DNA of 29,870 nt, taken from IMG/VR virus record IMGVR_UViG_2703718835_000002, positions 1-29,870 of that record; one strand, 5' to 3'. Source of the stretch: a virus. Its lineage: Duplodnaviria > Heunggongvirae > Uroviricota > Caudoviricetes. The position numbers were made by a program, and so were the translations under genes. The notes beneath the pieces are model-generated. The model ran no database searches. It was not told the DNA's origin and saw only the letters and a list, made by a program, of their open reading frames with translations. Shown in pieces: positions 1 through 8,037 of the stretch; the stretch's first letter is position 1; the number at the start of each line of letters is the position of its first letter.

Positions 1-3
1 TGA

Positions 4-483
4 CCATTTTCAAAGGTTGGTTTAGGGGATATCAAAACCAAACTAACCGCGGCTATGCAAAAGGCAGCTAATGGAGGTGACATTCAGGACGTGGTGGCTT
101 TCAGGAAATCTCTACAGTTAGGAGCAGCAGCATTAAGAAACGTAGGGATGGGAGGCCCGTCAAATCTGGTTGATATGGACAGTATCCGGGGGTTAATGTC
201 CGGGAACGGCTATATCCAGATTCCATGTATTGCGACTACCGGCAATAACCTGAAACTTTATCTGCAATGGGGATATACCTTAACACCGCCGAATTCAAAT
301 AATACCTATAACGTCAACGTGGCGTTTCCCAACACCATTTTATTCGCGGTGGGTAATCGCTGCGCGAATGGTTCAAATGATTCAATGAACGTTAACGCCG
401 TTGGGACTCAGGGTCTGCAAATTCAGAATTGGGCACCTGGTGGCTCATGGGAAGCTTGTGCATGGATTGCTATCGGATACTAA
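4..483 (+). CDS. Promoterless alternative tail-fibre C-terminal (variable) cassette; the ATG at 55 is probably internal
   Basis: Frame 1 is open from nt 4 (TGA at 1-3) to TAA 481-483. Translation has receptor-binding-tip features shared with the H C-terminus (GY..P...LQW). Lies antiparallel to H beyond two convergent tfa genes. Confidence 0.55.
   Translation, partial: PFSKVGLGDIKTKLTAAMQKAANGGDIQDVVAFRKSLQLGAAALRNVGMGGPSNLVDMDSIRGLMSGNGYIQIPCIATTGNNLKLYLQWGYTLTPPNSNNTYNVNVAFPNTILFAVGNRCANGSNDSMNVNAVGTQGLQIQNWAPGGSWEACAWIAIGY
5..30. other. Degenerate cix/gix/hix-like 26-bp crossover site, partner of the site in H (core TT)
   Basis: CATTTTCAAAGG-TT-GGTTTAGGGGAT. The TT core is inverted relative to the AA core at 1667-1668 and sits in the same codon phase as in H; half-sites only partly match. 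Confidence 0.35.
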
Positions 484-493
484 GGGGCGATAA

Positions 494-901
494 ATGAACA
501 CTGTTATTTACTGGTTTTCTAACGGGTTATTTTATCCAGACAATGAGAATTATACTCATATCCCGAATGACGCAATAAAAGTAGAGGCAAAAGAATTTGC
601 CAAGGCTATGAATCGAAAGCCCGGTGAATCTTTTTCTGTTGATGAAAACGGGGTGGTTATTATCATGTCCGCGCCGCCAGTTTCTCAGGAACAATTAATT
701 GCGCAGGCTGAATATGAACGCTCCGTATTAAGGGCGAGGGCCGATTCTGAAATTTCTTGGAGGCAGGGTGCAGTCGATGAGGGAATGGCGACGAAAGAAG
801 AAACCGCCGCGTTGTCTGAATGGAAGAAATACCGGGTGCTGTTGATGCGAGTCGATACCACAACAGCGCCCAACATTAGCTGGCCTGTTAAGCCGGAATA
901 G
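494..901 (+). CDS. Tail fibre assembly chaperone (Tfa), alternative copy
   Basis: 135-aa ORF with SD AAGGGG before ATG 494. C-terminal ..WKKYRVLLMRVDTTTAPNISWPVKPE is a typical Tfa C-terminus. Convergent with, and overlapping by 14 nt, the second tfa. Confidence 0.8.
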   Translation: MNTVIYWFSNGLFYPDNENYTHIPNDAIKVEAKEFAKAMNRKPGESFSVDENGVVIIMSAPPVSQEQLIAQAEYERSVLRARADSEISWRQGAVDEGMATKEETAALSEWKKYRVLLMRVDTTTAPNISWPVKPE

Positions 902-1319
902 CGGGCCAGTTTATATCCGGCGCGGTGGAGGTGTCTGTCGCTTCCACCGCCTCAATATAATCCAGCGTCAGATTTAAATTAATCGTCTCGTCGGGTGTAA
1001 GTTTTCTTCCCGCCCGAAGTTTCAACTGTATAACGCTAATTGACTGCATAGCATCGTCTATGCGGCGCTGTTTTTGCTGTTCTGCCTGACTAATTAATTC
1101 CGCTTTCGAGGGTTTTGGTATGTCAGCCCAGGCAGGTAAACCATCAGGCCCGGCGATGCGTATTTTTCCTGCCGGGGGTAGTTCGCTAAAAAATTCGCTG
1201 AACACTTCCACAGACATTAAAACCGCATCGTCCGGCCAGGTGCCAGTCGCTTTAAAAATCTCAATGTCATTTTGCGGGTACGCGCCATTAGTTTTCGCTG
1301 AATAATAAAATCCGCTCAT
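888..1319 (-). CDS. Tail fibre assembly chaperone (Tfa, P2 gpG-like)
   Basis: 143-aa ORF whose start overlaps the H stop. C-terminal ..DTSTAPDINWPAIPA is Tfa-like. Confidence 0.8.
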   Translation of the reverse strand: MSGFYYSAKTNGAYPQNDIEIFKATGTWPDDAVLMSVEVFSEFFSELPPAGKIRIAGPDGLPAWADIPKPSKAELISQAEQQKQRRIDDAMQSISVIQLKLRAGRKLTPDETINLNLTLDYIEAVEATDTSTAPDINWPAIPA

Positions 1320-2494
1320 CGTCCAACCCCTAAAATTCGTGCAGCGGCAGAAATCTGCCCCCAGTTATGCAGCTCTACCGCTGCGTTTGAAAATGCCCCG
1401 GCCACAACGTTTCCGGCTGTAGTATTCGTGGTAACAGCAACCGGTACCGCAATCGCAAACAAACAGACAGAAAATGGATATGTCCAGTAACCCACACCGG
1501 TTGAACTTGCGGGCACTTTTGCCGGGGTTTCAAGCCACTGCAATTTAAATCCGTTCGGCAACTTCAGATAACCGGCGGAAGCATTTCCCACATATTCGAA
1601 TGCTGACATGTCAGGGATTTGACCCGCGCCGGTTCCTACTGCCCGCTTCGCCGCTTCTTTCAAACCAAGGTATTCGAGAAGAGCCGCGACAGATTTTCCT
1701 GATAGTGCAGTTAAGGTATTGTCTAGAGGCTGTTTCCCTGCGAGGGCGTTCGTCATGGTAGTGGCAAAGTTAGGATCGTTGCCCAGTGCTTCCGCCAGTT
1801 CATTCAGAGTATCCAGCGCTCCTGGTGAGGAATCAACAAGCGCGGCAATTGCCGCCTGCACAAAGGCCGTATTGGCAAGTTGCGTGGAATTATTGCCTGC
1901 CGCTGCCGTTGGTGCTTTTGGCGTACCAGTGAATGTCGGACTGGCTTTTGGTGCATACTGCGTATGAGGATCTGCAGCTGCAAGGTGTCTAGCCATCAGG
2001 TCATCCACATACACCTTTAGTTCCAGCACCTTGTCATCAACATATTTACGGGTCGCCAGCACCACTGCCGGATCAATTTTCAGGGTGATGTTATCTGTGC
2101 TGCTGGTAATCAACACCATGCGCACGGTCTGCGTGCGCCCGCTCCCCTCCGCCAGCTGCGGTTTGTAGCTCTCCGGGCAGTTGCCCACAGCAATCAGTGC
2201 TCCAGTCTCATCAAACAGACCTACCTCACGAATCCACCAACCTCCCTCCGTTTCGGGGATCACCTGCTCAGCAATAATCTGGCTGCTGTTCTGCGGATCG
2301 ATATACAGCATATTCAGCGCGGCGCGGTGTTTTTCAGCAACTAACGCGGTCTGTTGCGCGCTTGGCGTTGGTAATACGCCACCACCGTCGCCCACCGCCA
2401 TCTGGGTAATTTTCAACGGAATGCCGAGCGCGGCGGCGCTTGCCAGTTTCGCCGCCCCGATTTCCGTCAGCAGGGTGTAAAATTTTGCGCTCAT
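1316..2494 (-). CDS. H: Tail fibre protein H (constant N-terminal part plus one variable C-terminal domain)
   Basis: N-terminus MSAKFYTLLTEIGAAKLA...MAVGDGGG...NCPESYKPQLAEGSGR matches the conserved P2 gpH N-terminal region as I recall it; synteny I-H-tfa. Confidence 0.9.
   Translation of the reverse strand: MSAKFYTLLTEIGAAKLASAAALGIPLKITQMAVGDGGGVLPTPSAQQTALVAEKHRAALNMLYIDPQNSSQIIAEQVIPETEGGWWIREVGLFDETGALIAVGNCPESYKPQLAEGSGRTQTVRMVLITSSTDNITLKIDPAVVLATRKYVDDKVLELKVYVDDLMARHLAAADPHTQYAPKASPTFTGTPKAPTAAAGNNSTQLANTAFVQAAIAALVDSSPGALDTLNELAEALGNDPNFATTMTNALAGKQPLDNTLTALSGKSVAALLEYLGLKEAAKRAVGTGAGQIPDMSAFEYVGNASAGYLKLPNGFKLQWLETPAKVPASSTGVGYWTYPFSVCLFAIAVPVAVTTNTTAGNVVAGAFSNAAVELHNWGQISAAARILGVGR
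1655..1680. other. cix/gix/hix-like 26-bp DNA-invertase crossover site inside H
   Basis: TTCTTTCAAACC-AA-GGTATTCGAGAA: two 12-bp half-sites of the ..AAACC type around a 2-bp core. Located at the constant/variable junction of H (encodes LEYLGLKE). Confidence 0.5.
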
Positions 2495-3096
2495 GGATTT
2501 ACTCTCATTGTGTCAATAACATGGACTGCCCCGCCCTCATAAGCGGTGCCGCCGGAAATAATGGTTTCGTTGATATACGGGTAGATCGTGATTTCTTCGC
2601 CGGTGTAAGTGGCAGCCCCCATAAAATACGGCCCACTGGTCTGCAGGTTGATGGACATGCCGATCAGGTGACGGCTGCACGGTTTGGCATCACCGATCAG
2701 CCGCTCAAGTTCCAGATAGGTTTCTTCCGTGATGCCTTGTTCCTGCACGCCAATATCAAGGCGAAACGTCCCCGGCGTTTCGCCGGTCTGCCACCACTCA
2801 ATGATGCGGATCAGGAAGCCGAACGGCTCCACCACGCGCCGCACAGCGCTGGTTGTCCCCTTGTGCTGATGGATATAGAAAGCGTCCTGCACCACCCGGC
2901 GCTTGACGCTCTCCGTCCAGCTTTCGTCCCAGCGGTCGACGGAAAACGCCCACGCCAGATACGGCAGAAAGCTGACCGGACACGTTGCCGGGTTCCACAA
3001 GTCGCGCAGCGGCACCTGCAGATCGGAAATGCCGCTGCAGGTCTGCGCCAGTCGGCGCTCAAGCGGCGATGAACCGGGCGGCAGCAGGCTATTCAT
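2491..3096 (-). CDS. I: Baseplate assembly protein gpI
   Basis: Translation ..GSSPLE...LWNP.TCP...LPYLAWAFSVDRWDE..FRLDIGV.. matches P2 gpI as recalled; overlaps J and H ends. Confidence 0.9.
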   Translation of the reverse strand: MNSLLPPGSSPLERRLAQTCSGISDLQVPLRDLWNPATCPVSFLPYLAWAFSVDRWDESWTESVKRRVVQDAFYIHQHKGTTSAVRRVVEPFGFLIRIIEWWQTGETPGTFRLDIGVQEQGITEETYLELERLIGDAKPCSRHLIGMSINLQTSGPYFMGAATYTGEEITIYPYINETIISGGTAYEGGAVHVIDTMRVNP

Positions 3097-3997
3097 CCGT
3101 GCCCCCGTTGGTTACGCTCCATTCCGTACAGGATGCCGCCTGCGTCTTATTCAGCACCATATCATCCAGCGGGGAGGCCAGTTCCACACGCTGGACACCC
3201 TCAACGTGCAGCGCGGCATAAATGGCGCTGCGACGGATATCACGGCCCAGCCGCGTCTGGCTGGCGATGTACTTCTGCAGGCTAGCTTTTGCCGCCGCCA
3301 TCACCGGCTCAGCTTCCGGCCCCGGATAAAGAAAGATCGTCGCATCCACGCTGTACGGGATTATTTCGGCGCTGCGCACCGTCAGGCGGTCTGCCACCGG
3401 GCGCACGTTCTCACTGTTAAGCGCCTGCTCCACCACCGCCAGCAGATCAGCCTCTGCCGTACCGTCACCCTCACGGCTCAGTACGGTAAGCACCACCTCC
3501 GCCGGTGCCGGGCTGGTTGCGCTGGCATCCGCCACGCGCCCGTCCGCGCTTTTGGCGTGAAACTCATAGGCCGCCGTCGGTCCTGCAACGGACAAACCTT
3601 CAAACGCAGCCGGAACACGCAGGCGCAGTGCCTCATCGCTTTCCATTACTGCCGCGACCGGCGGCACCGCGTCGTTGTCGGCAGGCGTTACCGTCAGGCG
3701 TTTCACGTTGTAGTTGGCTGCCAGCTGATCGAGATCGCCGCCGATGGCATACGCCACCATGACCGCCTGCGCGGCCTCGTTAATACGCTGGCGCAAAAGG
3801 ATTTCACGGTAGGTGCTTTCCTGCAGAAGCTTGGTGACGGGTTCAGATTCCAGCGCCAGCGTGCGCCGCACCGCGTCCTGCTCATCCGCCGGATAAAGGG
3901 CCACAAATGCGGCCTTGCGCTCAGCCAGCAGCGTCTCAAAATCCGGCACGTCCACTATCTGCGGCGCGGGCAACTGGGAAAGGTCAATCACTGCCAT
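3089..3997 (-). CDS. J: Baseplate assembly protein gpJ
   Basis: Start taken at MAVIDLSQLPAPQ (P2 J begins MPIIDLNQLPAP); the ORF-track TTG start 84 nt upstream is probably spurious. C-terminal ..RLGRDIRRSAIYAALHVEGVQRVEL.. is conserved. Confidence 0.9.
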   Translation of the reverse strand: MAVIDLSQLPAPQIVDVPDFETLLAERKAAFVALYPADEQDAVRRTLALESEPVTKLLQESTYREILLRQRINEAAQAVMVAYAIGGDLDQLAANYNVKRLTVTPADNDAVPPVAAVMESDEALRLRVPAAFEGLSVAGPTAAYEFHAKSADGRVADASATSPAPAEVVLTVLSREGDGTAEADLLAVVEQALNSENVRPVADRLTVRSAEIIPYSVDATIFLYPGPEAEPVMAAAKASLQKYIASQTRLGRDIRRSAIYAALHVEGVQRVELASPLDDMVLNKTQAASCTEWSVTNGGTDE

Positions 3998-4343
3998 TGT
4001 CTGCTCCTGTTGATACGGAAAGGGAAACCGACGCGCCGTTATTGCGCTGCCCGGTAAGCTCAACCACCATGGAGCCGTCAAAATTGCTGCTGATGGTGAT
4101 GGAATCCAGCGTAAGCCGTGGCTCCCAGCGACTCAGCGCCACATAGACCGCAGACATGACCTGCAGGCGTAGCGCCGGGTTCTGCGGCTGGTCAATCAGG
4201 GCGGATAGCAGGGAACCATATTCCCGGCGGGCAATGCGGCTACCCTGCGGTGTCAGCAGAATGTCCCGCACCGACTGGCGCAGATGGTCAATATCAGTAA
4301 TAGCTTTGCCGCTGGTATTGTTCATCCCGCTATAAAGCGTCAT
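3984..4343 (-). CDS. W: Baseplate wedge protein gpW
   Basis: 119 aa; ..DILLTPQGSRIARREYGSLL..IDQPQNPAL.. resembles P2 gpW; start overlaps V stop. Confidence 0.9.
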   Translation of the reverse strand: MTLYSGMNNTSGKAITDIDHLRQSVRDILLTPQGSRIARREYGSLLSALIDQPQNPALRLQVMSAVYVALSRWEPRLTLDSITISSNFDGSMVVELTGQRNNGASVSLSVSTGADNGSD

Positions 4344-4918
4344 ACCGGGCCTCCGGTTGTGTCGCCGCCTTTCAGGACGCCAGTATGCTGATGTGCATCA
4401 ACCACAATTCCGTTAGAACTCATTGCACCGCCGCCCTGGGTAACGCCACCATTGATCACTACTTCGCTGTTAATACGCGTGTGGTCAGCCTCCAGCACAA
4501 ACTCACTGGTTTTCAGGGTGATGTTGTCGGCAGCCTCAATGACCATGGATTTGATGCCCCTGACATACCAGCGCCCGGTGGCTGGTTCGTATTCAAACCA
4601 GCCACCGTCAGGATGTTCTGTCACGCAGGCTTCCGCCGACGTCGACGGTGGCGCGAACTGATTCGAATAGATGGCGGGCAACGCAAAGGCGGTTTCCAGA
4701 TTGCCGCCCAGACTCAGCAGCACCACCTGCTCACCTTCCGATGGTCGCCACCATGTCCGGGCATTCCCGGCACGCAGCGTCAGCCAGCTGATCCAGTTGG
4801 TTTCAAGCTCGCCCGTTTTCACCCGGCAAAGCCAGTTCTCCCGGTCCACTTCGGTGACTACCCCAGTGCGGATCAGGTTGGTGATAAGGCGCATGATTTC
4901 GGTTAGTTGTGCGTTCAT
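4340..4918 (-). CDS. V: Baseplate spike/central protein gpV
   Basis: Start taken at MNAQLTEIMRLI (ATG at 4916-4918), homologous to the P2 V N-terminus; ..RAGNARTWWRPSEGEQV.. and C-terminal ..HTGV..GGDTTGGPV conserved. Confidence 0.85.
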   Translation of the reverse strand: MNAQLTEIMRLITNLIRTGVVTEVDRENWLCRVKTGELETNWISWLTLRAGNARTWWRPSEGEQVVLLSLGGNLETAFALPAIYSNQFAPPSTSAEACVTEHPDGGWFEYEPATGRWYVRGIKSMVIEAADNITLKTSEFVLEADHTRINSEVVINGGVTQGGGAMSSNGIVVDAHQHTGVLKGGDTTGGPV

Positions 4919-4963
4919 AGGGTTAGGTTGCACGGACCTTGAATCTATGGCATCAATACGTCC

Positions 4964-4990
4964 TTGTGTGGTAAATGACACAAATACAAT
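4964..4990 (+). promoter_or_regulatory. Candidate sigma70 promoter for the moron ORF (TTGTGT-N15-TACAAT)
   Basis: -10 TACAAT at 4985-4990, -35-like TTGTGT at 4964-4969; SD AAAGG then ATG at 5014. Confidence 0.35.
4965..4982. promoter_or_regulatory. TGT-N12-ACA dyad (P2 Ogr / 186 B late-activator type) upstream of V
   Basis: TGTgtggtaaatgacACA, centred about 55 nt upstream of the V start codon, the same geometry as the dyad upstream of P. Confidence 0.4.
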
Positions 4991-5013
4991 TCCAATCGAA
5001 GAAAGGTAAAAGA

Positions 5014-5544
5014 ATGAGCCATCCAATTGATTATTACGCTATAGAAGAACACGCAAGAATAATTGAGCAATTATGCTGTTCATCTGAATTTTATTTACAG
5101 CGTATATATTCCACACAGAAAGTATATGATGGTTCTATAGTAACTGAATTTGAAATAGAGGAGTTATCGTACAACGGATGGTTGGAATATACCATTAGCA
5201 ACAATCTTATTAGCCTTTGTACAAAACTACGAATTCTCCAAGACACTAGTGAACATGAGTGGAACCCAGATTACTCACCTGAGAAAGAAGCATTTGAAGA
5301 ACATGAAAATATACTTTTTGTTATAGATGGTCATGTTAAAGGTTCTATACGCGAATGCTGCAACAAAATTATTCACGCATTAAGTTTTGAGTTAACAAAA
5401 AAGACCGGCAAAAATGGAATAAAATATTGGGATGGTTCTATTATTGCTTCTGGGGTTCAAAACAAAAAAAACTGGAAAATTAAAATAGACCTTTTCCCTT
5501 TTTGCCAAAGCATAAAAAGTTATTTAAGTTTATTAAGTGCGTAA
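5014..5544 (+). CDS. Hypothetical protein, AT-rich moron between V and S (176 aa from ATG 5014; ORF track starts at 4975)
   Basis: Opposite strand to the late genes, strongly AT-rich versus flanks, SD AAAGG 7 nt before ATG 5014. No motif recognised. Confidence 0.6.
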   Translation: MSHPIDYYAIEEHARIIEQLCCSSEFYLQRIYSTQKVYDGSIVTEFEIEELSYNGWLEYTISNNLISLCTKLRILQDTSEHEWNPDYSPEKEAFEEHENILFVIDGHVKGSIRECCNKIIHALSFELTKKTGKNGIKYWDGSIIASGVQNKKNWKIKIDLFPFCQSIKSYLSLLSA

Positions 5545-5549
5545 ACATT

Positions 5550-6002
5550 CTAATTTTTCATCAAAAAATACTTTAAAAGTAAATCTCTTACTTCATTTTC
5601 AGTATGTTCATTTAAACCCAGCAATTTTCGGGATGGATACTTAATGACTCCCCCCTTTGGACTGACGCGATCGCGCAGGCCGTAATGATGAACGCGGGCA
5701 ATGCGCTGCACCTTACCTTCAAACTGTACGCTGGCAGAATCCGCGCTGGCGGCAGTTTTCAGGTATTTTGTGGTGCGCAGCTTTGCAAACATCTGACGTT
5801 TGATGCGCCCTTTTTTACTTCGTGCTGTTACCCGTCGCGGTTCATAACTGCTGCCATCTGGATTGCGCTGCATCCTGATATTCTGCTGCTGTGTCCGGCG
5901 CAGTTCCTGCGCCAGCTGGCGCATCATGCGGCTTCTCGTGGCTGGTTCCAGATTCGCCAGCAAGGCACTCAGCCAGTCGTCCACCTTCTGCAGTTCAGCC
6001 AC
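5550..6002 (-). CDS. S: Tail completion protein gpS
   Basis: 150 aa; MAELQKVDDWLSALLANLEPA..QRNPDGS.YEPR.. resembles P2 gpS. Confidence 0.85.
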   Translation of the reverse strand: MAELQKVDDWLSALLANLEPATRSRMMRQLAQELRRTQQQNIRMQRNPDGSSYEPRRVTARSKKGRIKRQMFAKLRTTKYLKTAASADSASVQFEGKVQRIARVHHYGLRDRVSPKGGVIKYPSRKLLGLNEHTENEVRDLLLKYFLMKN

Positions 6003-6447
6003 GTTTCACCGTCCACATTTCTTCAGGTTCATCGGGTTCTGCTACAGCTTCAACGCTCGACACACTGCCGTCAGTGCTGACCAGCACACGTTCCGTCAGT
6101 TGCAGATTAAGGCTGATATCACAGACATCGTTGCGCAAAATATCCACATCAAAGGTGAATAGCTTTTCCCGTAACGCCGGGTTATTGATGGCATCGGGCT
6201 GGTTATCCCGAAGCCACAGTAAAACCGGGGCCATCAGCAGATTCTGGTCGCCGCTGAAATCCTCTATCACCACGTTCAGGGTATAGCGGTACTCCCATGA
6301 CATGGAGCCGGCCCCCGTGGCAACCAGCGAACCGTTATCCACAAACAGATGCAGTTTGTCCGGGTTATTGCGGACATAAGGCACCGCTTTATTGAGGGCG
6401 TGGCGCAGGGATTGTGGTTTGTTCACTGTTTCGCTCCTGACACGCAA
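5995..6447 (-). CDS. R: Tail completion protein gpR
   Basis: ..YTLNVVIEDFSGD..LL.APVLLWLRDNQPD.. resembles P2 gpR; exact start uncertain. Confidence 0.85.
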   Translation of the reverse strand: MRVRSETVNKPQSLRHALNKAVPYVRNNPDKLHLFVDNGSLVATGAGSMSWEYRYTLNVVIEDFSGDQNLLMAPVLLWLRDNQPDAINNPALREKLFTFDVDILRNDVCDISLNLQLTERVLVSTDGSVSSVEAVAEPDEPEEMWTVKRG

Positions 6448-6679
6448 TAATCATGTCCACTTTGTCTGCACAGACCGCCCAGGCGGCCTCCGTTTCATCC
6501 AGCAACGCGTTCAGGTCACCGTTAGTGCGCGGCGCTGCCTGCCCCAGCCGACACGGCGTCACTCGCGGACAACCACTGACGGTAAGCTGCACCTCCGGTG
6601 AGTGTGGGGCGTTCCCGCAGCCGGATAATGTCAGCAGGCAAAGGAGTATCAGCCCAGCGGCGTAAATCCTCGTTCTCAC
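6389..6679 (-). CDS. lysC: LysC / Rz1-like outer-membrane spanin lipoprotein, embedded out of frame in lysB
   Basis: Signal peptide plus lipobox LTLSGC; overlaps the lysB 3' half in another frame and extends past it, as in P2 lysB/lysC. Confidence 0.7.
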   Translation of the reverse strand: MRTRIYAAGLILLCLLTLSGCGNAPHSPEVQLTVSGCPRVTPCRLGQAAPRTNGDLNALLDETEAAWAVCADKVDMIIACQERNSEQTTIPAPRPQ

Positions 6680-6950
6680 GTTTCAGTTCCTCAATCCGGT
6701 GTTGTCGTTGTCTCAGCAGTACACTGGTCTGTTCTGCTTCGGCATAGAGCCGCGCCTGCTCCCGGTTATTGGTTTCAGTCAGAATGGACAGGCTGATAAG
6801 CTGGCTGTTGCTCTTTGCCAGTGCCTGGCTTTTGCTCCGAAGCTCGTCTGCCTGCGTGCTGATGGTCTGGCTGGCATCAGCCAGCCGCCACGTCTGCCAG
6901 CCCAGCGCCGCCAGTAATAACGCCAGCACAACCAGCAGCAACCGGTTCAT
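6522..6950 (-). CDS. lysB: LysB / Rz-like inner-membrane spanin
   Basis: N-terminal TM segment MNRLLLVVLALLLAALGW, then a charged coiled-coil-like region; position after lysA. Confidence 0.8.
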   Translation of the reverse strand: MNRLLLVVLALLLAALGWQTWRLADASQTISTQADELRSKSQALAKSNSQLISLSILTETNNREQARLYAEAEQTSVLLRQRQHRIEELKRENEDLRRWADTPLPADIIRLRERPTLTGGAAYRQWLSASDAVSAGAGSAAH

Positions 6951-7324
6951 GCTGCTACCTGTTGCGCAATCTGATTACGGATCATCCAGAAGGCAATAAC
7001 GGTCAGCAGATAAAAGACCAGGGTAATAGCCCACCCCGTCCAGGCGAAACTTACGACAATCAGCAATCGCATCACCCAGCTGATAAATACGTTTTCTTTT
7101 CGGGTAATGGTCTTTAGCAAAGATGCCCTCAACTCCTGCCAGAGCGGGCCGTTCTTAATTAACGCAGCCAGTGCTACCGGAATTACCGCCCATGTCAGCA
7201 GACAGGCTACCCAGACACCGGACGCTGCCAGTACCGGAAAAATCCCCTGCGGATACACCATTGCTGCGATCAACAGCGCCATCCATAACATCAGAAACAG
7301 CCCGCTGATTACTTTCTTTTTCAT
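6947..7324 (-). CDS. lysA: LysA lysis-timing membrane protein
   Basis: Start taken at MKKKVISGL with SD AGGGAG; multiple hydrophobic helices; located between K and lysB. Confidence 0.7.
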   Translation of the reverse strand: MKKKVISGLFLMLWMALLIAAMVYPQGIFPVLAASGVWVACLLTWAVIPVALAALIKNGPLWQELRASLLKTITRKENVFISWVMRLLIVVSFAWTGWAITLVFYLLTVIAFWMIRNQIAQQVAA

Positions 7325-7325
7325 T

Positions 7326-7838
7326 TCAGTTTGCTCCCTGTAAGCACCAGGCCATCTCCCGCGCACGGCGGTTATCCAGCCCCTGATTAAAAACACCTTT
7401 CACATAAACCCAGCGCGGCAACTGTCGGCACGCATCCGCCCAGCGCCGCTGATTGAGTAATTTCACCAGTGTGGAACTGCAGGCATTGCCCGTTCCCACG
7501 TTGAAGGCAAACGACACCGCAGCGTCATACACCTTCTGCGGCGGCTGTTGCTTCACACACCTTTCCAGCGCCCGCTCCACACGCAGCACGTTGGAGATCA
7601 GCCCTTCTGCTGCCTGTCGCTCCGTAATGGTTTTGCCGGGAATGACGCCCGACGTATTACCAATGCCGTCGGTCCAGACACCCGCGCTGCACTGATACGG
7701 CTGCAGACGACAGCCTTCGTAATCAGCAATCAGTTTCAGCCCCTCCACGGAGGTGTGAAGCTGCTGAAAACCCGGCAGCGTGGCAGCAATAGCCAGCACG
7801 GCCCCGACAAGGCAGCGTTTAACGATTGATGGATTCAT
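7326..7838 (-). CDS. K: Endolysin (lysozyme, P2 gpK-like) with N-terminal signal-anchor-like segment
   Basis: ..LIADYEGCRLQPYQCSAGVWTDGIGNT.. fits the T4/P2-type lysozyme catalytic E..D/C..T motif; hydrophobic N-terminus. Confidence 0.9.
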   Translation of the reverse strand: MNPSIVKRCLVGAVLAIAATLPGFQQLHTSVEGLKLIADYEGCRLQPYQCSAGVWTDGIGNTSGVIPGKTITERQAAEGLISNVLRVERALERCVKQQPPQKVYDAAVSFAFNVGTGNACSSTLVKLLNQRRWADACRQLPRWVYVKGVFNQGLDNRRAREMAWCLQGAN

Positions 7839-8034
7839 AGTCCTCCCGCGAGATCTGCCCGTCGCGCAGAAGCTGGTAGGCTTTGTGTTTGTAGTACCAG
7901 TTGATAGCCAGCATCAGTACACCAATCATCAGGCCGCCCAGCGTTGAGGCATCCTTGATGGACAAATCGCCCAGCCAGGCCAGCACGACGGCGATGCAAT
8001 ACGTGATAAAGGCGCTGATTCGCTCAAGCGTCAT
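7819..8034 (-). CDS. Y: Holin (P2 gpY-like)
   Basis: 71 aa with two hydrophobic segments and a charged C-terminus; immediately upstream of the endolysin. Confidence 0.8.
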   Translation of the reverse strand: MTLERISAFITYCIAVVLAWLGDLSIKDASTLGGLMIGVLMLAINWYYKHKAYQLLRDGQISREDYESINR

Positions 8035-8037
8035 AAT

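Noticed and set aside
27-52. Second hix-like half-site GATATCAAAACC-AA at the left edge as inversion partner
   Set aside because: Its AA core is in the same orientation as the core of the site in H (direct, not inverted) and its right half does not match; the overlapping site at 5-30 with a TT core and conserved codon phase fits better.
55-483. Independent 142-aa gene starting at ATG 55
   Set aside because: The frame is open from nt 4 with no SD before ATG 55, and the sequence looks like a fibre-tip domain, so it is more likely a promoterless cassette expressed only after fusion to H.
2903-4057. 384-aa plus-strand ORF rich in Arg/His/Cys
   Set aside because: Entirely antisense to the well-supported J and W genes in GC-rich DNA; low-complexity composition typical of a shadow ORF.
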